Virus record (IMG/VR): IMGVR_UViG_3300034106_001917
Span: 1-59,073 of that record
Strand: one strand, 5' to 3'
DNA from: a virus
Lineage: Duplodnaviria; Caudoviricetes
DNA: 59,073 bases
The position numbers and the translations under genes are program-made. The notes under the pieces are model-generated. The model was not told where the DNA came from and ran no database searches. It was given only the letters and a program-made list of their open reading frames with translations. Of this stretch, positions 19,288 to 28,457 are shown piece by piece (position 1 is the first letter of the stretch; every line of letters begins with the position of its first letter).

Positions 19288-20217
19288 ATGGAACATCTTC
19301 TGTGGACAGAAAAGTATCGACCACGAACAGTGGAAGATTGTATTCTACCAGAACGTTTGAAAGCAGTATTCCAACAGTACGTGAACCAGAAGGAGATACC
19401 AAATCTTCTTCTGGCTGGTGGAGCGGGCGTAGGCAAGACGACAATCGCCAAAGCCATGTGCAACGAGATCGGTTGCGACTACATGGTAATCAATGGTTCT
19501 GATGAGAATGGTGTCGATACAATTCGTGTCAAAATCAAAAACTATGCATCATCCGTTTCACTGTCTGGTGGCCGCAAAGTCATCATTCTAGATGAAGCAG
19601 ATTATCTAACACCAAACGCACAAGCAATTTTGCGTAATGCGATTGAAGAGTTTGCTGCAAACTGTTCTTTCATTTTTACCTGTAACTACAAAAACAAAAT
19701 CATTGATCCACTACACAGTCGTTGTGCGGTGATTGAATTTGGTTTGAAGAATGGTGAAAAAGCACAAATGGCTTCTGCGTTTTTCAAACGCATCACACAC
19801 ATACTCAATACAGAGAAAGTGGAGTTTGACGAAAAGGTAATTGCTGAAGTAGTCAAGAAACACTTTCCAGATTTTCGTCGTGTTATCAATGAACTTCAAC
19901 GCTATTCCAAACTCGGCAAGATTGATGTAGGCATCCTCTCTCAGATTGGTGATATTTCTCTAACACAGATTGTCAAACATTTGAAAGAAAAAGACTTTAC
20001 GTCCGTCCGTAAATGGGCAGCAACGTCGGAAATTGATAACACGACATTCTTTCGCAAACTCTATGATGCTTTGTATGACATTGTAAAGCCTCAGAGTATA
20101 CCACAAGCAGTTCTAATTCTTGCTGACTATCAGTATAAGCAAGCCTTTGTTGCCGATCACGAAATCAATCTTGTTGCTTGTTTGACAGAGATTATGGCTA
20201 ATGTGGAGTTCAAATAG
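19288..20217 (+). CDS. gp44: Clamp loader ATPase subunit gp44
   Basis: LWTEKYRP, GGAGVGKTT, ILDEAD, SRC motif. Confidence 0.95.
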   Translation: MEHLLWTEKYRPRTVEDCILPERLKAVFQQYVNQKEIPNLLLAGGAGVGKTTIAKAMCNEIGCDYMVINGSDENGVDTIRVKIKNYASSVSLSGGRKVIILDEADYLTPNAQAILRNAIEEFAANCSFIFTCNYKNKIIDPLHSRCAVIEFGLKNGEKAQMASAFFKRITHILNTEKVEFDEKVIAEVVKKHFPDFRRVINELQRYSKLGKIDVGILSQIGDISLTQIVKHLKEKDFTSVRKWAATSEIDNTTFFRKLYDALYDIVKPQSIPQAVLILADYQYKQAFVADHEINLVACLTEIMANVEFK

Positions 20218-20226
20218 GAGTTTGAA

Positions 20227-20832
20227 ATGTATTTACATCATGGTGGTGGAAATTCTTTAGGATGGTTTGATAGAGAAGAGTTGAAGAGGGTACAGAACTC
20301 AGTGTTTGGTGCAGTTTATTCTTTTGCTTTTTTGAGCAAAAAACCTGATATTAAAATCTTGCCCTATGAACTTGAAGAGACTTTTTATATTGGTTTATCT
20401 GGTGGTGCGGAAAATAGCAATTCACTAATTTATGATCAAAAAGATAAAAAGAAAAAAAGAGGTATGTATTATACACTCTTTGCAAAAAGAATGAATCAAC
20501 ACTTTTCTCAGTTTAGAAATGATAGAGAGAAGCATTTAGAAAAAAAATATGAACTTTTTAAAGAACACTTTTTACCTTCTTTAAATCCCGACAAGAAAAT
20601 CTATACTAATATTTGTGTGCCTGGACCAGTTACCAAAGATTATTTGATAAGAGCCCATTTGAGTTTGGTTGAGTCGGAATTCATTTACTGTTATGCCCAA
20701 AGATTTGATGATTTGCCTCTGATGAACATTGATGAGAATAAGCAAAAACATAGAAGTCAAAAAGAGACCTCTATTTCTAAAAGACAAATAGAATCTATTG
20801 CTTATGGTAATTTGGAGAAGTTTCTGGTATGA
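20227..20832 (+). CDS. Putative GIY-YIG-like nuclease inserted between gp44 and gp62
   Basis: AVYSF...FYIGLS...KRMNQH...E.EFI...PLMN matches the order of GIY-YIG motifs; visibly more AT-rich than its neighbours. Confidence 0.5.
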   Translation: MYLHHGGGNSLGWFDREELKRVQNSVFGAVYSFAFLSKKPDIKILPYELEETFYIGLSGGAENSNSLIYDQKDKKKKRGMYYTLFAKRMNQHFSQFRNDREKHLEKKYELFKEHFLPSLNPDKKIYTNICVPGPVTKDYLIRAHLSLVESEFIYCYAQRFDDLPLMNIDENKQKHRSQKETSISKRQIESIAYGNLEKFLV

Positions 20833-21215
20833 GCAACCCATTCGACTATGCCACAGCTATTCTACAGACTAAGAAGCAACTGATTGTAGATGATATAACT
20901 GAGAAAGACTATGCGCCTTTTCTAGTCAATCGTGCTTTGTCTCAACACAAAGACTGTCTGGCTTTTGCAAACGAGATGAATAGTAGGCACTATCTTGAGA
21001 AGAAGCTACAATTCGACTATTTACTAAATACTGTCAGGTCTATGAAAAGACCGTTTGCGAAGTGGGCTAAGGCTGAAAAAAACGATGATTTGGAATGTGT
21101 CAAACTGGTCTATGGCCTGTCCGATTCCAAAGCACGTGAGGCTTTGAGACTACTCAGCAAAGAACAAATCCAACAAATAAAAGAAAAAACCCAGAGGGGT
21201 GGATTAGGAAAATGA
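20829..21215 (+). CDS. gp62: Clamp loader small subunit gp62
   Basis: PFDY, YAPFLVNRALS, ANEMN, LQFDYLLN, YGLS..KA.EAL; sits before regA. Confidence 0.92.
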   Translation: MSNPFDYATAILQTKKQLIVDDITEKDYAPFLVNRALSQHKDCLAFANEMNSRHYLEKKLQFDYLLNTVRSMKRPFAKWAKAEKNDDLECVKLVYGLSDSKAREALRLLSKEQIQQIKEKTQRGGLGK

Positions 21216-21216
21216 C

Positions 21217-21621
21217 ATGGTGGATCTATCTAAGTTTGTTGAAGTCGTTCTTGTAGAAGAGGACGACTTTTTAAAAGTACGAGAAACTCTAACACGAATT
21301 GGAGTATCATCAAGAAAAGAAAAGGTACTGTATCAATCTTGCCATATTCTGCATAAGCAGGGCAAGTATTACATAGTACACTTTAAAGAGTTGTTTGCAT
21401 TAGATGGTAAGCCATCTACAATTACCGAAAATGATATACAAAGACGTAATGCTATTGCCAATTTACTTGAAGAATGGGGCTTGCTAAAAATCATAAACTA
21501 TGATATAGTAGAGAATAACATGGCTCCGATTCATCAGATTAAGATCATTGCTTTCAAAGAAAAGGATGATTGGGACTTAGTTGCTAAATATAACATAGGT
21601 AAAAAAGGAAGAACCGAATAA
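21217..21621 (+). CDS. regA: Translational repressor RegA
   Basis: DDFLKVRETLTRIG, LYQSCHILHKQGKYYIVHFKELF. Confidence 0.96.
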   Translation: MVDLSKFVEVVLVEEDDFLKVRETLTRIGVSSRKEKVLYQSCHILHKQGKYYIVHFKELFALDGKPSTITENDIQRRNAIANLLEEWGLLKIINYDIVENNMAPIHQIKIIAFKEKDDWDLVAKYNIGKKGRTE

Positions 21622-21633
21622 CGGTGGCACATC

Positions 21634-21816
21634 ATGAGCAAAGTGAAAAACAATGCGATTAAACTGGTTAACAAGTATACCAAAGAAGAAGTGTATACTA
21701 GAGATTACGACAACGTGATTAAAGAAGGTAACAATGAGTTTATCAAAGTCTTTAATCAAAGTAATCCACAAAGAACTTATCTTGTCAACCGCACAGCGTT
21801 TGTGGTTGCCAAGTAA
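21634..21816 (+). CDS. Hypothetical protein
   Basis: 60-aa ORF filling the regA-hsp20 gap, with GGTGG upstream. Confidence 0.6.
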   Translation: MSKVKNNAIKLVNKYTKEEVYTRDYDNVIKEGNNEFIKVFNQSNPQRTYLVNRTAFVVAK

Positions 21817-21874
21817 GTCGTGATGCCTTCGGGGTCACGCATTTTAAACTTGCTTATTAAAGGAGAAAACTATG
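21817..21874 (+). promoter_or_regulatory. ROSE-like RNA thermometer leader of hsp20
   Basis: A cUUCGg hairpin (GTGATGCC-TTCG-GGGTCAC) is followed by CTTGCTT-ATTA-AAGGAG, where UUGCU pairs with the SD leaving a bulged G. Confidence 0.6.
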
Positions 21875-22348
21875 ACAGTAGGACGTATTGCTTTTGGACC
21901 ATTGTTTCATCAAACTTTGGGATTTGAAAATTTTCTACGTGATGTTGAAAGCATTCTCAACGAATCAAAACCCGTAGCAAACTTTCCTCCACATAACATC
22001 ATTAAACTTGATGATAACAAGTATGTGGTAGAATTGGCTGTTGCTGGTTTTGGTAAAGATGAAATTGATATTCAAGTGCAAGAAAACACTTTGACTATCA
22101 AGGGTGACAAACAAGACAAAGACAGTCATCAATATCTACATCGTGGAATTGGTACACGTTCTTTCACTAAGTCAATCACTATTGCTGACACCATTGAAGT
22201 AAAAGGTGCAGAATATAAAGACGGTATTCTACGCATTGGACTTGAGAACATCATTCCAGAGCATAAGAAACCACGCAAGATTGAAATTGGTAATGAACTA
22301 AAAACATTTAAGCCTCAACTTCTGCAAGAAGAAAAGCAGGCTGCGTAA
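21872..22348 (+). CDS. hsp20: Small heat-shock protein (Hsp20/IbpA-like)
   Basis: FPPHNII, ELAVAGF, YLHRGIGTRSF, AEYKDGIL, IPEHKKPRKIEI. Confidence 0.95.
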   Translation: MTVGRIAFGPLFHQTLGFENFLRDVESILNESKPVANFPPHNIIKLDDNKYVVELAVAGFGKDEIDIQVQENTLTIKGDKQDKDSHQYLHRGIGTRSFTKSITIADTIEVKGAEYKDGILRIGLENIIPEHKKPRKIEIGNELKTFKPQLLQEEKQAA

Positions 22349-22350
22349 TC

Positions 22351-22372
22351 AGTGGGGCGCAAGCCCCACTTT
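22351..22372 (+). terminator. Intrinsic terminator (GNRA loop)
   Basis: AGTGGGGC-GCAA-GCCCCACT followed by TT, just after the hsp20 stop. Confidence 0.7.
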
Positions 22373-22381
22373 GAAAGATAC

Positions 22382-22960
22382 ATGATGGACAAAGACTTAC
22401 GATCATATCTCAAAATCTATTCTGATTGGCTAACTCCAGAAGTGTGCCAAGAAACTGTTGACGAACTTGAACTAGTAGAAGGCCAGTTTCAGACACATCA
22501 GTTCTATGACTATCATGCTGATTCTCATCATTCTTACAACAATGAACTTGCCGTTACATGGTCAAATGTAAAGCATAAGAATTATATTATGCAAAGAATT
22601 TGGGATGGTCTGAAAAGATATCATGAAGAACTTGCTGAATGGGGTTGTGATTGGTACGCTTCTTGGCAAGGGTATACTGAGGTTCGTTTCAATCGTTACC
22701 GTGAAGATACACAAATGAAACTTCACTGTGATCACATTCATTCAATGTTTGATGGTCAACGTAAAGGTATACCAACACTCACCATTCTTGGTGGTTTGAA
22801 TGGTGGCTACGAAGGTGGTGATCTGGTATTTTGGCAAGACACTCCAATAACTTTGAAAGCTGGTGAGATTATGATTTTCCCATCAAATTTTCTTTATCCA
22901 CACAGAGTAGACTTGGTGACGAAAGGCACACGATACTCTTACGTTTCTTGGACATGGTAA
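22382..22960 (+). CDS. 2OG-Fe(II) oxygenase (prolyl-hydroxylase-like)
   Basis: HCD...YEGGDL...FPSNFLYPHRV...GTRYS. ATG at 22382 preferred over the GTG inside the hairpin. Confidence 0.88.
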   Translation: MMDKDLRSYLKIYSDWLTPEVCQETVDELELVEGQFQTHQFYDYHADSHHSYNNELAVTWSNVKHKNYIMQRIWDGLKRYHEELAEWGCDWYASWQGYTEVRFNRYREDTQMKLHCDHIHSMFDGQRKGIPTLTILGGLNGGYEGGDLVFWQDTPITLKAGEIMIFPSNFLYPHRVDLVTKGTRYSYVSWTW

Positions 22961-23124
22961 TGAAATCGAATTCAAACTTTAAAATGAGCAAAGAATTGAA
23001 GGTTCTACTTTCAGGTCTTAGGGGCACACACAAGACTGACTACAAGCGTGAGATGATTCAAGCAACCATTGCTCCACGCATCGAATTCAAAAAGAAGAAA
23101 AAAGAAGAGACACAAGATGACTGA
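22960..23124 (+). CDS. Hypothetical 54-aa basic protein (not in the ORF track)
   Basis: MKSNSNFKMSKELKVLL...KKKKEETQDD. Overlaps the upstream stop (TAATG) and the downstream start. Confidence 0.6.
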   Translation: MKSNSNFKMSKELKVLLSGLRGTHKTDYKREMIQATIAPRIEFKKKKKEETQDD

Positions 23125-23932
23125 TCTATTGATGGTAAGTCACTTTCATAAGGACTTTCCGTTTAATCACGAATCGTCTTGGTTGAAAGCCGCATACGCC
23201 GGCTCACATGCGCCATATGGTTGGCACGCTCCGGGACCAGGCAATTGGATCAACACTTCACACCACAAAAGTGTTTATGAGTATCGACATTACTACGGAA
23301 CACTAAATGAAGATGATTTTCTTCGTGCGCTAGGCCAACAAGCGTCTGAATACTATTTGTGGAAAAATGGTCGTGCTGACTTCATCGGCTGTACCACATA
23401 TCGTCGCTATCTTGATTTCAAATGTGATTTGGGAACAAATGTGTTGAAGGCATCAATGCCACCAACACAAGAAAGTGCTAACTATCTGTCATCTGATGAG
23501 CAAAAAGCGGCAGCACTCAAACTGCTTGAGACACATGATGCAATCACAAATCCAATTACACCAATGCCATATTCGGTACGTGAACAATATCTACAGTCAC
23601 AGCCAGCAGAGTATCTGAATTTGTTTCTAGAGGGTATCGAAAAATTATTACCCGACTACAGAGAGAGCATGAGTTGGTGGGATGAACGTGGGGCAAGTTT
23701 TGAAACATGCTATGTCATGCGTAAACAACTGTTCAGAAAGTATGCATCCGAGTTATTCGAACTTTTAGAATATGTGTGGCAGAATACAAATAAAACATAC
23801 CCAACACAACCGACAACAGCAGAGCCATTACCATGGCGCTATCCAGGATTTCTTGGTGAAAGATTTCTTCCATTCTTTTTACATGCTAACAATGTAAACG
23901 TAGCTAGAGTGCCACTTATCATTCTAGAATAG
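23117..23932 (+). CDS. DUF4422-like glycosyltransferase domain protein
   Basis: IGCTTYRRYL and RYPGFLGERFL resemble the DUF4422 HYRRY / GFLSERL motifs. Confidence 0.65.
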   Translation: MTDLLMVSHFHKDFPFNHESSWLKAAYAGSHAPYGWHAPGPGNWINTSHHKSVYEYRHYYGTLNEDDFLRALGQQASEYYLWKNGRADFIGCTTYRRYLDFKCDLGTNVLKASMPPTQESANYLSSDEQKAAALKLLETHDAITNPITPMPYSVREQYLQSQPAEYLNLFLEGIEKLLPDYRESMSWWDERGASFETCYVMRKQLFRKYASELFELLEYVWQNTNKTYPTQPTTAEPLPWRYPGFLGERFLPFFLHANNVNVARVPLIILE

Positions 23933-23984
23933 TCAAAATGATTTTTTCGTCGTGCGTTACGAATGAAGTGAGTGCTTACTTATT

Positions 23985-24482
23985 ATGAAAGAAAAATACG
24001 TAAAAGCCCATATGAAAGCGGCAAGTGTTTATGCTGAACTTTCTACCGCAAAGAGATTACAGGTAGGCTGCGTAATCGTCAAAGACAATACTATTATCGG
24101 TATTGGTTACAATGGTATGCCATCTGGTTGGGATAACAACTGTGAAGAAGTTGAGTATATTCTTAAAGAAGAATGCCAAGAAACCGATAAATGGATGACA
24201 CACAATGGCTATACTGAGACTGCTCATGGATGGACAAGACTCAAATCTAAACCGGAAGTTTTACATGCTGAATCGAACTGTTTGGCAAAAGTTTCCCGGT
24301 CAACAAACTCAAGTGATGGGGCAATAATGTTTATTACCCACGCACCGTGCTTAGAATGTGCTAAAATGATATATCAGTCGGGAATCAAGGAGGTCTATTA
24401 CAAAAACGCCTACAGAAGTGAAAACGGTATTAATTTTCTCAAAAAGTGTGATGTTAAAGTCGTTCAGTACAATGAGGAGTAA
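23985..24482 (+). CDS. dCMP deaminase
   Basis: VGCVIV, GYNGMP, HAE, PCLEC. Confidence 0.93.
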   Translation: MKEKYVKAHMKAASVYAELSTAKRLQVGCVIVKDNTIIGIGYNGMPSGWDNNCEEVEYILKEECQETDKWMTHNGYTETAHGWTRLKSKPEVLHAESNCLAKVSRSTNSSDGAIMFITHAPCLECAKMIYQSGIKEVYYKNAYRSENGINFLKKCDVKVVQYNEE

Positions 24483-24716
24483 ATGATGAGCAATATTACA
24501 AAAGTGGCAAAACAATTGGCAGAGGCAAACTCTAAACTTCCTAAAGCATACAAGTATGATCTTGTTATGCGTGAGTTTGATAACAAGATTGAATTGATTG
24601 GTCTTGTTGATGATCCAACATATGACATTTCAGATTTCGTTGGTCGTGAAATGTTGTTTCCAAAAAAGTGGGTAACACTAGATGTTTTTGAACCAAATAC
24701 AAGGGTAGCAGTATGA
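24483..24716 (+). CDS. Hypothetical protein
   Basis: SD GAGGAG; coupled to the flanking genes. Confidence 0.65.
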   Translation: MMSNITKVAKQLAEANSKLPKAYKYDLVMREFDNKIELIGLVDDPTYDISDFVGREMLFPKKWVTLDVFEPNTRVAV

Positions 24717-25021
24717 ATAACGTAAAATGTTTTACATTCAAAACACACCAAACTATTATGGGTGAAGTGGTCGAAGACTGGGATACTGGATTTGCACTTA
24801 AAAATCCAATGCAAGTAATTCCTGTGCCACCACGTGCTGCAAATGATTCTGGTGGAATTGGATTTGCACCATATCTTGCATTTGTTGAGGAATTTGACAA
24901 AGGTATCACTTTCAATTCTGAAGATGTATTAACAGTCAACACACCTGTGTCTGATTTGCTGGCACAATACACAAGAATGTTTAGCCGCATTGAAATCGCA
25001 CCACCAGGTCTAAAACTTTAA
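24713..25021 (+). CDS. Conserved hypothetical protein upstream of gp43 (possibly Sm-like fold)
   Basis: IMGEV...LKNPM...IGFAPY...Y..MFS.I; overlaps both neighbours. Confidence 0.65.
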   Translation: MNNVKCFTFKTHQTIMGEVVEDWDTGFALKNPMQVIPVPPRAANDSGGIGFAPYLAFVEEFDKGITFNSEDVLTVNTPVSDLLAQYTRMFSRIEIAPPGLKL

Positions 25022-27549
25022 TGTCAAAATATTATACAAATGTTTGCGTTCACGGCAATAACATTCTTTTTCGTGGAGTAAACAATGGACGGAGAGTAAA
25101 GAGCAAAGTCAAATACTCTCCGTCGTTGTTTATACAATCTAATAAACAATCTCAGTGGCGTTCATTGTTCAATGAGCCATTAGAGCCTATGACTTTTGAT
25201 ACTATTCGGGAGGCACGTGATTTTGTCAAACGTTATGAAGATGTTTCAAACTTTAAAATCTACGGCAATACACGCTATGAATACGCATTCATTGCTGATA
25301 ATTTTAGAGGCATTGTTGATTGGGATATTTCTCATCTCTCTGTCGTTTTCATAGACATTGAGGTTGGTTCTGAAAATGGATTTCCCGATCCATATAAGGC
25401 TACTGAGCCGATTACAGCAATCGCTATTCATCAATTGAATGGCGGTACTACAGTTTATGGTTATGGTGATTATGAGGTAAAAGGTGAAGAAACTTACATT
25501 CGCTGCGAAGATGAAATCGATTTGTGTGAGCGGTTTATTACTGACTGGTCAAGCAATTGGCCTGACGTTGTTACTGGTTGGAATATCAAGTTCTTTGATG
25601 TTCCTTACCTTGTCAATCGCTTCTCACGTTTATTTGGCGATGATGTAGTAAACAAGTTATCACCATGGTCGGTCTATTCAGAAAGAAAGACCATGTTCAA
25701 AGGTAAAGAACAGATTGTCTATGATCTTGTTGGCATCTCTGTTCTTGATTACCTTGAACTATATCAGTGGTATGCGCCTGGTGGTAAGAACATTGAAAAC
25801 TATCGTCTTGAGACAGTTGCAAGTGTAGAACTTGGTGAAAGTAAATTATCATATGATGAGTATGATAATCTTCATCAGTTATACAAACTTGATCATCAAA
25901 AATTTATTGAGTATAACATTAAAGATGTACATCTTGTGTTGAAACTCGAAGATAAATTGAAGTTGATTGAACTGGCATTGACTCTGGCATATGACACCAA
26001 AACAAATTATGATGACATCTTTGCACAAACAAGAATGTGGGATGCTCTGATATATAACTATTTGCTTGAGCGTAAGATTGTTGTTCCACCACGCCGTGTT
26101 GCCAAGAAGAATGAAGCGTTTGAAGGTGCATATGTCAAAGAACCACAGATTGGTTTGCACAATTGGGTTGCATCATTTGACTTGAACAGTCTGTATCCAC
26201 ATTTGATCATGCAGTACAACATCTCACCAGAAACATTGGTTGAGAAAGAAGATTACACAGATGATATGCGTCGGCTCTCTACGCAAGCATCAGTAGAAAG
26301 TTTGCTCGACAGAGAACTTGATACAAGTGTGATGAACAATGTGACAATTACACCAAACGGTCAGTTCTTTCGCACAGACAAACAAGGCTTCTTGCCAGCC
26401 ATGATGATTGAGATGTATGAAGATCGTAAAAAGTTCAAGAAGTTGATGCTGAAGGAACAACAAGACTATGAAAATGAAAAAGATGTAACTAAACGAAAAG
26501 AAATTGAAAAGCTAATTGCCAGATATAACAATCTACAGTTGGCTAAAAAAGTTTCGTTGAACTCTGCTTATGGTGCAATGGGTTCACAGTATTTTCGGTT
26601 CTATGATTTGAGACAAGCACTTGCTGTTACACAAGCAGGTCAATTGTCAATTCGTTGGATTGAAAACAAACTCAACGAATATCTAAACAAATTATTGAAA
26701 ACCGACAAAGACTATGTTATTGCTTCAGATACAGATTCGATCTATCTCAATCTTGGTCCACTGGTTGACTCTGTGTATAAAGAAAAACCAGAGGCTCAGA
26801 AAGTTATCACCTTCATGGACAAAATCTGTGAAGAGAAAATTCAACCATACATTGATAAGAGTTATCAAGACCTTGCTGAATATGTTCATGCGTTCGACCA
26901 AAAGATGCAAATGAAACGTGAAGGCTTGTCCGATAAAGGTATTTGGACAGCAAAGAAACGTTATATTCTGAATGTGTACAACAATGAAGGTGTGCAGTAT
27001 GCCAAGCCAAAACTCAAGGTCATGGGTCTTGAGATGGTTAAGTCATCAACACCTACCGTTGTGCGTGACAAGATGTATAAACTGGTTGACTTGATTGTGA
27101 ACACGGATGAAGAAACTGTACAAAAATTTGTGTCAGACTTCAGAGAAGAGTTTCGTAAACTGCCGGTTGAAGATATTTCTTTCCCAAGAGGTTGCAATGG
27201 CTTGAAAGAGTATGCTGATTCTGTTACAATATACAGAAAAGGCACACCAATTCATGTGAAAGGTGCGATACTCTACAATCATTTCCTTAAGCAGCATAAT
27301 TTGTTGACTAAGTATCCTTTGATACAAGAGGGTGAGAAGTTGAAGTTTACCTATCTCAAAACGCCGAATCCTTTCAGAGATATGGTAGTTTCGTTCCCAA
27401 CAAGATTGCCTAAAGAGTTTAATCTACAAGAATATATTGATTACGAAACTCAATTTGAAAAATCTTTTGTAGAACCGATTAAATCAATTCTTGATTGTAT
27501 TGGTTGGCAAACAGAGAAACAGTATACACTCGAATCATTCTTCACATGA
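25021..27549 (+). CDS. gp43: DNA polymerase, family B (gp43)
   Basis: DIEV, FDVPY, YNIKD, SFDLNSLYP, KVSLNSAYG, SDTDS, KKRY; C-terminal clamp-binding peptide TLESFF. Confidence 0.98.
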   Translation: MSKYYTNVCVHGNNILFRGVNNGRRVKSKVKYSPSLFIQSNKQSQWRSLFNEPLEPMTFDTIREARDFVKRYEDVSNFKIYGNTRYEYAFIADNFRGIVDWDISHLSVVFIDIEVGSENGFPDPYKATEPITAIAIHQLNGGTTVYGYGDYEVKGEETYIRCEDEIDLCERFITDWSSNWPDVVTGWNIKFFDVPYLVNRFSRLFGDDVVNKLSPWSVYSERKTMFKGKEQIVYDLVGISVLDYLELYQWYAPGGKNIENYRLETVASVELGESKLSYDEYDNLHQLYKLDHQKFIEYNIKDVHLVLKLEDKLKLIELALTLAYDTKTNYDDIFAQTRMWDALIYNYLLERKIVVPPRRVAKKNEAFEGAYVKEPQIGLHNWVASFDLNSLYPHLIMQYNISPETLVEKEDYTDDMRRLSTQASVESLLDRELDTSVMNNVTITPNGQFFRTDKQGFLPAMMIEMYEDRKKFKKLMLKEQQDYENEKDVTKRKEIEKLIARYNNLQLAKKVSLNSAYGAMGSQYFRFYDLRQALAVTQAGQLSIRWIENKLNEYLNKLLKTDKDYVIASDTDSIYLNLGPLVDSVYKEKPEAQKVITFMDKICEEKIQPYIDKSYQDLAEYVHAFDQKMQMKREGLSDKGIWTAKKRYILNVYNNEGVQYAKPKLKVMGLEMVKSSTPTVVRDKMYKLVDLIVNTDEETVQKFVSDFREEFRKLPVEDISFPRGCNGLKEYADSVTIYRKGTPIHVKGAILYNHFLKQHNLLTKYPLIQEGEKLKFTYLKTPNPFRDMVVSFPTRLPKEFNLQEYIDYETQFEKSFVEPIKSILDCIGWQTEKQYTLESFFT

Positions 27550-28457
27550 TACATGTAGTATTACCATTTATAACTGCAATTGCACTGTCTGGTATCGCAG
27601 CATACTATTCAGTGATTGGTCTTGCACAGATATTTCCAGGTTCATACTGGCCTATTATCATTATGGGTTCCGTGCTTGAAGCAGCAAAATTGGTAACTGT
27701 ATCGTGGGTATACAATCACTGGAAGACAACATTCTCTGCACTCAAACTTTATTTTCTCATTGCTGTGGTGTTGTTGATGGGCATCACATCAATGGGTATT
27801 TTTGGTTATCTGTCGAAAGCACATATTGAACATTCAAGCACCATAGCACCACAAGTAGCAAAGGTAGAAATCTATGATGAAAAGATCAAAGTTATTCAAT
27901 CGCAAATTGAGAGGAACAACAAGAACCTTAGTCAGTATGATGAGGCTGTCGATCAAGTTATGGGCCGCTCGAAAGACGAAAAGGGTGCCGAACGGGCGAA
28001 CCAAATCCGCAAAGCCCAACAGAAAGACCGTGAGAGAATCATTGCTGAGACTAAAAGGCTTCAAAAAGAGATACAGATACTCACAGAGGAAAAGCTACCT
28101 TTATCCTTGGAAGTTAAGAAGGCTGAATCGGATTTGGGGCCTATAAAATATGTGGCCGAAGTGGTTTATGGCACACAAGATCGTGATCTAATCGACAAAG
28201 CAGTACGATTGGTTATCTTTATCATTATCATTGTATTCGATCCTTTGGCAGTATTGTTACTGATTGCAGCAAATCAAACATACCGAAGAATCAAAGAAGA
28301 TAAAGATGAGATTGAACCAATCAAAAAGGTTATAAAGAAGAAAAAACTTGACAGCACACCATCACGCACGTTAGAATCATTCTTTGTGGATGATAAGCAC
28401 ACCGTAATACCAAAAGACAAAATTGCAGATATTGGAGATATGAATGAGCGTACTTGA
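27546..28457 (+). CDS. Membrane protein with coiled coil (conserved phage hypothetical)
   Basis: Three N-terminal hydrophobic helices, a coiled coil, then a TM segment IIIVFDPLAVLLLIAA. ATG overlaps the gp43 stop. Confidence 0.7.
   Translation: MIHVVLPFITAIALSGIAAYYSVIGLAQIFPGSYWPIIIMGSVLEAAKLVTVSWVYNHWKTTFSALKLYFLIAVVLLMGITSMGIFGYLSKAHIEHSSTIAPQVAKVEIYDEKIKVIQSQIERNNKNLSQYDEAVDQVMGRSKDEKGAERANQIRKAQQKDRERIIAETKRLQKEIQILTEEKLPLSLEVKKAESDLGPIKYVAEVVYGTQDRDLIDKAVRLVIFIIIIVFDPLAVLLLIAANQTYRRIKEDKDEIEPIKKVIKKKKLDSTPSRTLESFFVDDKHTVIPKDKIADIGDMNERT

Noticed and set aside
22382-22960. TET/JBP base-oxidising dioxygenase linked to the cytosine cassette
   Set aside because: The motifs match the common prolyl-hydroxylase-like phage 2OG-Fe(II) family, and it is not adjacent to the MTase.
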